DNA of 64,000 bases from Phoronis australis (lineage: Eukaryota > Animalia > Phoronida). The translations under genes were made by a program, and so were the position numbers. The stretch covers positions 245,173-309,172 of the forward strand of contig NMRA01000418.1 of the NCBI GenBank assembly GCA_002633005.1, written 5' to 3'. Positions within the stretch are counted from its first letter, which is position 1. Each line of letters begins with the position of its first letter. The notes under the pieces were generated by a model. The model saw nothing but the letters and a program-made list of their open reading frames with translations. It was not told the origin of the DNA and made no database searches. Positions 53,118 through 64,000 of the stretch are shown piece by piece.

Positions 53118-54427
53118 TCTATGTTGCTCTGGCTCAGTCTGGCTGAATTCAGTGGTGGTGAATATAAGGCAGACGACAAGCTCTTAAAAGGGCGCCAATG
53201 TATGGTTTCTCCGAGTAATCACTAGATAGCGCTGCTATCTGTGGCTGGGATCGACTACATGTACTTGTAAATGAAGAAGTCGTTACTCCGTCGGGCGAAA
53301 CATGATTTACTCCTAGAAAGTCAAATTAATCAGTTGCTGTATAAAATAAATAGAAGCGAGTAAATTGCGCTAGTACAAAGTTTGACAACATAAAATCATA
53401 TCTGTTAAAATCCATCATTGAACCCGGCTAAAAAGAGCTTTTATAGTAGACAAAAAATCGTGTTCACTTCATACTGAAGCTAGGAAGAAAGAATGAGAAA
53501 CCTTTCGAAATAAAAATCATTTTTATGTTTTTCCAAATAAGAGTTATCCAGGGCCCCCAGTTTTCGAGTCTAAAACTACGCGAATCAGCCTGAATTCGTG
53601 TCAAATACGCGAACACTATCGGGGTTACATCACAGCCAACAATAACGCGAATTGTGTATGCCTGATCATTCTCATTCACGTCGCTTTGCAAAACCTCTCA
53701 CTCATAAGTTTCATTCGCGCACCCAGCCTAAAATTTTGGGGACGGTGGGTTCGAAGTTTTCGGTATGCGGACCCGTTTACTGACAAAAATCTACGGGCAC
53801 TAACAAAAACAGGTTACTAGGTTCAGGCCTACGAATTGTGCATCAGTGCAAAATTCCTGTGGACTTTTATCTCGTTTATTTGGAAACTTTGTTTCGCCAA
53901 ATTCGTCAATTTGGGGGCTCGTTCGAGCCCCCGAACACCCGTGGGTGCGCCCATGAGTTTGTGTTTGTGATGCCACTATCATTCAATGATCTACTCTTTC
54001 AACTATCGCCCGACGAAAGACATTGATGTAAACAACACGAAAGATTGTTAAACAAACTATCAAAGGCTAACGGACACCTTAATTTTCAATGAAACACATG
54101 TACACTATCAAGAAGGTCTGCTACCCAAATACACATACGGAATATAATTAGCTCCATGACCCGCTGCAGTCCGAGGAGAACCTTCACTCGTGAGTACAGG
54201 AACCAACTTGCTGCAAGAAACATTGGTGACGGTATGCGGAAACTAACATCAATTTGACTAGTCAAATCAAAACAGTTTAGCTTCAATTTGAAGGAAACGA
54301 AAAAAATCACTTGGAATGCATGGAATTTTGCAACGTATCCACTCGTATGCGTACAAAGAGCAGACTAAGTCTACAAACACGGTCATTAAAAGGCCTTGAT
54401 AATTTATATAAAGGTGCTACCTTTACA

Positions 54428-54566
54428 GGAGGCAGTGTGGCCTGGTTGATAAGTGCCCGCTTTCTTTACTCGATGTCGTGGGTTAAGTCCCACCAGGTCA
54501 CACTGCTAAACCCTTGAGCCAGGTTTCTAGCTCCTCAGTTCGGTTTTAATCATATCTATCTATCTA

Positions 54567-54613
<47 letters not shown>

Positions 54614-54713
54614 CATAACAATATTTCCAGGTGATCATTGCAATGGGCCCACATGTGAGGCCTGCGCACGTCTGGTACAACGTGTATCCGACCGCCTGCA
54701 ATTATTATATTTT
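54428..54713 (+). mobile_element. tRNA-derived SINE with 10-bp TSD and internal (TA)n
   Basis: A-box-like tggcctggttga and B-box-like ggttaagtcc; TSD tacctttaca at 54418-54427 and 54714-54723; empty site at about 4614-4623 in the paralogous block. Confidence 0.82.
54553..54610. repeat. (TCTA)n-(TA)n microsatellite
   Basis: Directly visible. Confidence 0.95.
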
Positions 54714-55319
54714 TACCTTTACACCACTGGACCGAAAAACATAAATAAATTTGTCCGATCATCAACTTACAGATGATGAACATAATTTCTGTCATTGGCG
54801 ATGAGTGTACACCTTAAACCTTGATTTGATTCGTACAAAAAACATGTTGAACTTGGAAAAACTATACCATGATATCGAAATCTTTGAGAGAGACGGTTTG
54901 TTAATGTTAGTAAGAACATTAAAGAAAAACTGAAAGCAGAAGGGACAAAAACAGATCCAACTCAAGAAAGACCAAAAGGTCTTAACCGGTGTTCGTGCTG
55001 CCGCTAAACAACTTTGGGACAATGAGGATATTGTGATTAGAAAGTCTGAGTACCAAGATAAGCAGAATAACATCATCGGCAATATGGCACATTTTCAGAG
55101 TATAAATCTTAACCCCATGAACAAGCATTGCGAACTAAACCGTTTAATTAAGCTGGCTATTGTTCACAAGAATTAAGTAGGGCCCCTATTTCCAATTTGC
55201 TGTTGGGGGGTACTGCAGGATGATTATTTTTACATTCATTCATTTAGAACAATAAAATTCACTGTGATTGATACGATAGTTAACGGATTTATAGTGATTA
55301 TATTTTTGACACAAAATAC

Positions 55320-58300
55320 ACTAGGATGAGCTGAAACGGGTCAAAGAGTGCATTTTGTCAAAATGCTTCTTCGTCTACAGTTTTTTAGATAGACCTTTCG
55401 AATTTTGTTAACAAGTAGGCAATAGAGATCTTCATCCGATAGTTACATGGATTTCCAATCGGATCAAGGGAACCCATTTTCCGGGTCAAAGTGCATAAGT
55501 GATTTATGAGCTAGACCGTTCATAATAATACATGTACATATGGTTACCATTCATAAAAGAAGTTCAGTCACAAACTGTGGGGTCACTAGGTACAACTTTG
55601 GGGTCATTGAGTGCAGTTTTCTGATAAACTTAAGACTTTTTCAATCAGCTCGTAATTACATGTTGTATTAGGGAGAGCTTTCATACATGTATTCATGGTG
55701 ATTGAACAATTGCCATTCAAAAACTATTTATAATACAGGTATGACCCAAAATGCACTAAAGGACCCCAGAGAGGTCAACCGGTATGTTTCATTCAAAAGC
55801 TTCTCCTTCTGCAATTTTGAGATTTCTTCTTGAAATTTCGTAAACTGCTTGGTGCCATACAAGTGCTGGTGCTCAAGTTCTTTTGATCACATGGATTTGA
55901 CTCAAAATGCACCGGAATGACCAGAAACGGGTAAAGGAGTGCATTCGGTCAAATTACTTCTTCTTCTACGGTTTATTAGAAAAACCCTTCCAATTTTGTT
56001 AACAAGTTGGTACCAGATAAGTGCTTCTGAAATTTACTTTTATTTCCAGATTAAGGGAACCCAGTTTCTGTGTCAAAGGTCATTAAGTGCAAACGTGATT
56101 TTTGAGCTAGATATTTCATAATCATGCATATGGTTACCATTAATAAAGGAAGTTCAGTTACAAACTTTGGGTTCACATAGGTGGGGTCATTAAGTTTAGT
56201 TTTCTGTTAAATATAAGACATTTTCTATCAGCTTGTACTTAAATGGTGCATTAGGGAGAGCATTTATATTCAAGTTGGTTCAACCAATTGCCGACCAAAT
56301 TCTATTGATCACATGAAATTTACTCAAAATGTACCGGATTGACCCGAAATAGGTCAAGGCATGCATTCCACCGAATTGCTTCTTTTCCTACAGATTTTAG
56401 ATAGTCTCTCCGAATTTTGATAACAAGCAGACACTACAGATCTGAATCCGAAATTTACGTACAATTAAAATCGGATCAATGGTACCGAGTTTTTCGGGTC
56501 AAAGTCATTAAGTGCAAAAGTGATTTTTGAGCTGGGCGTTACATAATCACGTATATAGTTTTCAGTCGTAAAGACAATTCAGTCAGAAACTTCGGGGTCA
56601 TTAGGTACAACTGTGTGGTCATTAGGTGCAATTTTCAATTGATATTCCTAGTCTTCACTCTCGTTCTTTCATATATGTAGTTACCAGGGACATCTCTCTC
56701 ACACAAAGGATGCAACTTCTATGCAGTGTAATGCCCCTATACTTCACTATGCACATGCATACACCACGTGAATAGTTGTAAGTGCGCATGCGCGATTGCG
56801 TTTTAGTTCTTATTATTCTTATTCTTCCTTCCTTTTCAAATTGTTTTTACTCTTACATAGATTTATTAAGAACAATCATATTCATTGTGGTTGATTCGAT
56901 AATCAAGGGATTTTTATTGAATATACTGTTTCAACCAAAAATGCACCTGAATGAACCAAAGGGGGTCAAGCAGTGCAATTCGTAAAAATGCTTCTTTTTC
57001 TACAGGTTTTGAGATAGACTTTCCAAATTTTGATAACAAGTAGGCACTAGAAAAGGGCATCCGAAATTTACCTGGAATGTGGATCGGATAAAGGGAACCT
57101 AGATTCCCGATGATAAGTCATAAGTGCAAAATTGAGTTTTGAGCTAAACCTTAATAATAACGCACATTATTTCCACTCACAAAGGAGGTCCACACACAAA
57201 CATTGGGGTCATGAGGTGACTTTTTCAATCAGCTCGTACTTACATGTTCTATTGTGGAGAGCGTTCATATTCATGGTGACTCAACCATTGGCCAATCAAA
57301 CAGTATTGATCATAGGAGTGTGACCCAAAATGCACTCCAGGACCCCAAGAGGGTCAACCGGTATATTTCTTTCAAATGCTTCTGCGATCATGAGATAGCA
57401 TCTTCAAATTTCGTGACCAGTTTGGTGCCATTTAACTGCACCCAGAACCTACTTGGAATTTTAATCTGATCAACTGAACCAAATTTCTAGGTCAAAGGTC
57501 AGTAAGTACAAAAGAGATTTTCGAGCTAGAGCTTTCATAATCACGTATATACCTTTCTTTCATGTAGGAAATTCAGTCACAAACTTTGGGACCATTTGGT
57601 GCAAATGTGGGGTCACTTGGTGCAATTTTCTGTTGATGTTCTTACTTTTCACTCTTGCTCTTTATAGTTACCAGGGAAATCGCTCTCTTGCACACAAAGG
57701 ATGTAAATTTTATGCAATGTAATGCGCCTATACATCACTATGCATATGCATACCCCACGTGCAGAGTTGTAAGTGCGGCACACGCAATTGTGTTCTAGTT
57801 CCTATCCTTCTTATTCTTCTTCCGACCAAATTTGACACTTAGTAACTCCAAAATGGTTGCAGGTAGGTTCTTCAAATTTAACATATGATTTTAGGCCGTA
57901 CATGAATTTTGATTGATTATATAATCATGCACAGGAAGTGGTCATTTGGTGCAAAGGTCATGTATTTTCAAAATGCTACTTCTTCGTTTTCAAAGCTATT
58001 CTTTTCAAATTCGATGCACAGGTATAAGTCAATAAGGCAATTCAAAAAATTACTTTTCAAAGTAATCGGGTCATCCAATCAGGTTAAAACGGTCAATGTT
58101 TCAGGTCAGTGCAAACATGGGGTCATTAGGTGCATTTTTCTTATGAAAATTTGACCTTTTCAATCACCAAGAATTCTGATATGTCAACTATTAGACAACT
58201 GTGATTCTCAGCATTAAACACGTTTTTCATGGGCTTTGCAAAAATTGTCCTCTAGGCGCTTATTATGCAACGGATAGGGTCAATTAAAGCTAAGGTCATC

Positions 58301-59150
58301 TAACGTTCAAAATGTTGTATCACGTTTTTCAAGGAATTCTTTTCAATTTCAGCACACTGGGTAAGTTAACCTGCCAATTGTACACCCTAGTTTACTACGC
58401 AATAGTCCTAACCAATCAGAAAAAATAGGTCAAAGGTCATTGAGTGCAAACTAAAATTTTGAGCTAGACACTTCAAATTCACAAGTCTGATTGGAACCTC
58501 TAATTCAATTTAAAATTCAAAATTTCAGGTCATTTAGTGCAACCATGGGGACATCATTCACCAAGTATTCTGATGTGTCAACCGTTACATGTATACAACT
58601 GTGATTCTCAGGATTAAACACACTTTTCACGGCTTTGTAAAGATTCTCCTAAAAACGCTAGGGTCAATTAGTGCAAAGGTCATCTAACTTTCAAAATGTT
58701 ATATCCCTACATTTTTCAAGGAATTCTTTTTAAGTTCAGCACACTGGTGAAAGTCACCATGCCAATCGAACTATGCAATAGGCCTAACCATTCAGAAAAA
58801 TAGGTCGGTCATTAATTGCGAAATAAAATTTTGAGCTAGAGATTTCAAAATTACAAATCTGTTTAGTAAATGTGATTCAGTTTGAATTCTAAGCTATCAG
58901 GTCATTTGGTGCACCCATGGGGTCATTAGGTGCATTTTTCTTCTGAAAGTTTAACAAATTCATTCATGTTGTATTCTATAGTTCTTAAAGTAAAACATCT
59001 GTGATTCTTAGCATTAACCACACTTTTAATCCAGTTTCCAATTATTCTTTCATTCGGGTTCATAATGCACTGAAAGAGGTCAATTAGTAAAAAGATCATC
59101 AAAATATTAACATGTTATTTTACCTAAATTTTTAACGAATTCCTTTTCAA
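55320..59150. repeat. Degenerate tandem array of GGTCA-rich units (about 0.3-0.8 kb)
   Basis: Recurring ggtcaaaggtca, tttgagctaga, ttcagtcacaaac and ggggtcatt blocks. Confidence 0.75.
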
Positions 59151-61049
59151 ATTGGTTAACGGGTTGCTGTCAGTAACTTCCCATAACAATTCGTTTAATA
59201 CACACGCGCAGAGTCCATTATTGTCACGCCGTGACTATAATCGTTATAGTTTCCTGTTTGTCATTCTAAAAATCAATTACTATTTATATTTGTGTTTCCA
59301 TTTTTCACTTAACAATTGCAAAGTAAGACAGGGGAATCCCAGACCCCTGTTACTTACTCATTGGAACTGGGAAAATAAAAAATGAAAAATGTGTACTTTG
59401 TGTGTGCTGTGCTATCTGATAACCCCTAAAAATACGACTGACCGAACACATTTGTTAATCCGAGTCTTTCCTGCTCATGCTCTCTGATGTCAAATTTTTG
59501 GTATTTTGTTTCAGTTGTTGGTTTACTTCTTGTTATTATATAATTGTTTTTCTTCTGCATGCAAAAATATAACACTTAAAACTGCATTCCTTTCACTGAG
59601 TATAAAGTACAAAAACTTAATTTACAAAATGTAGTATACAAGTTTTCTTGCGAACATTGAATATCTGTTCCCCTCACAAAACCCAAGAGAAAATGACAGT
59701 GCTAACTGGTTCTTCCAAATTTTGACTCCTTCAATTCAATCGCATGTTATCTCTCCACTACTCAACATAGCAACTGATTTTATTTTGACAAGTGAATATT
59801 CTTGCTCAGTGCGATCATTAAATGTAGCTCAGTTTTTTTATTAAAAAGCTACAGTGGAGTACTGGAGAAGAGTTCACTTTCACGAAATCACGTTCAAGAT
59901 AAAACTCTTAGTTCCATATTATTTTATAGATTTTCTATGTATTTCTGATATCTACAACCTATCCTTTTATTTAGAGGATGCTCAGACACCGAAAGAGTGA
60001 AATGGACATAAGGTCTCAATAATCATAAGTATCACTTGTCAAAAAACTGTGGGGAACACGTCAAATGAGTCTACATGGAGAGCAGGGTGTGCTGCGATTG
60101 AAAGTATTGGAGTCCCTTTTGATTGCATTCAAGAAGCCTGTTTTTAATGAGCAGCAAATGGGGTCATGCTGCACTTGTTTGCAGGATTTTCTTGTTATCC
60201 CCTGCATTTGTCAGTCTTTGCAGTATTCCACAACTGATGTGCACCATTGGGTATTTTACTAGCTTTTGCTCTGTGGTTATAATTACTGCCATTTTGTTTC
60301 CACTTGAAATGAAAAAAGTATGTTTCGAAATATCATTTGTCTTGTAATAGCGTCTCTTGGCCAGTTTCTTTACCAATGTTCTGTTGTTTTGAGTGTCGAA
60401 CTTTGTTCCGAGGATGCTAACGGAATGGAATAGAGATTGTTAACAGCAACAGTTGTCGTGTATCGAACCAATTTTGCATAATCATAAATATATTTAGAAC
60501 TTGCCATGCAATGTACATGTACTTTTTGCCCATGATACTAGTGACAGCAAGTTTTGACACACAGGTTTTACAAATGATATGTCAACGTCAGTGAGCCTTT
60601 GAACCTCGATTCCCGCCTGGAATAAAGCTGTGTGAGTTAACACAAGTATTTATTGGGTATCATTGTTACAAATTCGTTTTCGTTGGTTAATACTTACCTG
60701 TATACTTATGATTATGAGCTGATTCGTACGGTACTGAATTTAAACAAACACTAATTATACTTGCAGCACAAAAATCAACCGATGCAACTGCAAGTGCAAA
60801 CATGGGAAAATCAGCTGAAGACGTTTCTGGCGTTAATAATTCGTAACATGTCTGAATCATCGTGTGAATGTTTTAAACGACATGACATAGAACAATATAC
60901 GCATTTTATTTTTACAGATCTTATGAACTCCAAAAAATCAAGCAATTCGACTTATTACTTAACCAAATCTTTTAGCATAGGAAAATGTTTACTCTTCCAA
61001 TCATACGCTAACTAAAACCAGAAGCATCAAAAGATCCTGAAAGTTTAGC

Positions 61050-61830
61050 AGTAAATAAGACGCTTTTCAATTTCACGAAAACGCTATTACCAAAATGGCC
61101 ATTCCTCTATTTTCAAATGCTGAACTACAGTATTAAGGATGATAAATTTTTGTCTATGTCTTAAATTGTTTGAATACAACTGTATAATGCAATCAATGCT
61201 AGGAACCACACTCATTTCTTTTAATGCTTACTTTTGCCGAGCACTTAGACAAAATAAATTTCATTTGCTGCCCATATTGTGTGCTAAAGTGAAGAGCATT
61301 TTGGTCACCCGTTTCAGTAAAAAGAATTACTGTAACAAGGCTAAGGTGTTGACAAAGTTATTCCGGGTAGGGTGTTGCGGGCATGCAGAGATATTTCTTA
61401 AATTTTGTGTTTAACTTTGGGCTCAACATTAGTGTTTCCTGGTCAACTCATGCACGGCGACTCATGATCAACAGTTGACAAAGAATTCTACTACATATTC
61501 AGGTTGAAATCTGGTGGAATCACCTCGGCCTCTTAATCATAATTTCTGCTGTTAAGTGCCAAAAGAACAAACTACCAGTGTGCCATTTACAAACAAGCCT
61601 TGCAACGTCATGTCGGTGCACAATCTCCAGTTGGTAATGGTTGGTTTTGAGCAGGGTACAGTGGTGTGAAGTTCCACTGGATGACTCTGCCATAAGCCCC
61701 AGAAAATGTCATGAAAAATGTTAATTGCAAGTGAAAAAAGAGTGATTGTGGTAAAAAATGAGCTCTTTGTTTGAAATGGGGCACACCATGTTCCATGTAG
61801 TGTGACAGTTGAGATTGTATAAACCCGCCC
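61050..61830 (+). mobile_element. Academ-like transposon fragment, same family as 49160-49960
   Basis: AKRTNYQCAIYKQALQRH...SPVGNGW...HWMTLP*APENVMKNVNCK with several stops; colinear nucleotide similarity. Confidence 0.72.
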
Positions 61831-62708
61831 ATTGTCTCAAGAAACAACATTTGATGAGTGGATGAAGAGTGTATGTTATGTTGTTACAGAACTTTAATTT
61901 GTAGCGTAATGGAAAAAAATTGACAATATTTTATATGCTGCCGCTCTCAAGACTGCACGGAGGATGTTCCTCTGTGACTGTTCACAATGAACTGCAATGT
62001 GGATAATGATAAGTAATTGCCACAATTAATGAAAGTGATGGCAGTGAATTTATTGCAGAAGCGTTGGAAATGTATGTTGCTCATATGTAGGTTGTAATGG
62101 CAAATCTTATTTTTTAAGTTCCAAATGGTTAACAGTATTGTTCTTTTGGTAGGAGTTCAGAATATAGTTGTATGTTTTCTAGCCAAGGGGGGCTGTTATA
62201 ATTTTAATTTTTCTCTTTTTGAGTAATTTTCCAACTAATGTCATAATATTTAACACTTTTCTTGTGCAGTAACTTAAAATGAAAAAGATCAAATCAAGTT
62301 ATCGTTCGTTTTTTTCTAGTTATGATGGCTTTTGAAGATAGGTTTTCTGTGCCAAATTTTGGAAAAAATCAGGTGTTTGAGGTCAAATTTAACAAAAACG
62401 TGAAAGTCAAAGCTTGGGAACTTTTTAGATTCTTTAAGTATAATACTTAATTACCTTAAAAACACCAGAATTACCTTGCCTCCAAAAAGTAGCCACAGAA
62501 GTGATTTTCTAGACTTCCTAGAGTCTAATGGACTAATACATATAGGTTTTCCCACATACATAGGGATAATATTGCCATTTCCTATCGAGAATTTATTTCA
62601 TCTGGAAAGTCCCAAAGAGACCGGAATTATCGCCTGAGGGGCGACTATTCTCCAAAATCCAATCGGGCTCTAGAATACGGAGATAACGACTTCGCCATGT
62701 AATAATCT

Positions 62709-63627
62709 GCATGTATGTGTTTAGGTATGTATATGGCATGTGAGTGTGTGTATGTGTGTACTTTGTTTGACGTCCAGATATGATTTCTACTTTTTGGGCT
62801 AAAATCTTTGTATTTCCTCGGGTCATTGAAGGGCTTAAAATCTAGTATTGTATATCGAAATACCGAAACAACAGCAGCGGCAGTCAAATTTTATCACCCG
62901 TAAAAACTGTCCAGCGGTATGTTAAAAGGTTACTAAACCCCTGTTTTGCTGATTTGAACCAATTCTCGTTATATCACCTGCGAATGCGTCATTGGCGTCC
63001 TACAGGAGTAGTAAGCGCATTATACCCTGTCTCAGAGATGAAATATCATGGTTCTATATGGATGTTATTCTCATAAGTAAGTAGTTTAAAGCGCAAGTCA
63101 CGCTTGTCGAATAGCAGACTTTGTCAGTACGGAGTTCTTGAATTTATTTCCAAATTGTTGAGGGTTGNGCATGTATGTGTTTAGGTATGTATATGGCATG
63201 TGAGTGTGTGTATGTGTGTACTTTGTTTGACGTCCAGATATGATTTCTACTTTTTGGGCTAAAATCTTAGTATTTCCTCGGGTCATTGAAGGGCTTAAAA
63301 TCTAGTATTGTATATCGAAATACCGAAACAACAGCAGCGGCTTTCAAATTTTATCACCCGTAAAAACTGTCCAGCGGTATGTTAAAAGGTTACTAAACCC
63401 CTGTTTTGCTGATTTGAACCAATTCTCCTTCTATCACCTGCGAATGCGTCATTGGCGTCCTACAGGAGTAGTAAGCGCATTATACCCTGTCTCAGAGATG
63501 AAATATCATGGTTCTATATGGATGTTATTCTCATAAGTAAGTAGTTTAAAGCGCAAGTCACGCTTGTCGAATAGCAGACTTTGTCAGTACGGAGTTCTTG
63601 AATTTATTTCCAAATTGTTGAGGGTTG
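62709..63627. other. 459-bp near-identical duplication across a single N (probable haplotype overlap)
   Basis: 62709-63167 vs 63169-63627, about 5 substitutions; n at 63168. Confidence 0.88.
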
Positions 63628-64000
63628 ACGATGATTACAGACAATTTTTTGTTTCTCAATTATGGATTGGAAAGACATTTTTAGTATCTGGTATGCCAAA
63701 ATCAAAATAACAAGTTTTGTTTTCCTTTTAACTCGCATATCTCGAGTAATGAGAATTTTTGGTCAATACATGGACACAACCAATCACATCATTATTCATC
63801 CTGCACTGTGTTTAGCATGATAAGTCGTGTGATATTGCTGCTCGTGTGTTATGGCATGTGTTAAACAATGGCAATGCCTGTGTTGGTTATGACAACTCAG
63901 TAACTGATCAAGCCGTGGCTCTATTCACTTTCGGGACATCGGAGCAGCGCCCACATGGAACGCGAAGCTCGCATGGTGGTGGACATGCCACAATGGCGCA

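Noticed and set aside
54428-54500. tRNA gene
   Set aside because: Degenerate boxes, no convincing cloverleaf, and flanked by a TSD with an empty paralogous site, so a SINE head.
60698-60803. Alternative leader MFALAVASVDFCAAS...
   Set aside because: Poor signal-peptide character and no paralogous support; kept only as a low-interest possibility.

Overview
AT-rich, repeat-dense animal genomic DNA (intron/exon structure, probably an invertebrate deuterostome; one 480-N gap and three single-N contig joins). The ORF track is almost all noise, but reading splice sites on the minus strand gives a complete, frame-consistent immunoglobulin-superfamily gene of about 32-46 kb. Its exons are a signal-peptide exon (53066-53117), a V-type Ig exon lacking the canonical Cys/Trp (39255-39611), a C2-type Ig exon (30749-31072), a series of symmetric 36-nt Gly/Thr/Pro microexons, and a tiny terminal exon GPSCML*. 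The predicted product is a secreted V-C2 protein with a Cys-bearing tail. The 3' end has been tandemly amplified, giving six microexon copies (one with a dead acceptor), two intact terminal exons and two units from which the terminal exon is deleted, so tail length could vary by splicing. A second, paralogous signal-peptide exon with about 2.3 kb of shared upstream DNA (2716-2767) marks the next gene of a tandem cluster. The rest is transposon debris: a THAP-carrying P-like element with 31-bp TIRs and a 7-bp TSD, two EnSpm-like non-autonomous elements, Academ, Gypsy, Penelope and LINE fragments, a tRNA-SINE, MITEs and TACATGTA footprints. The gene model is inferred from sequence alone and needs transcript evidence.
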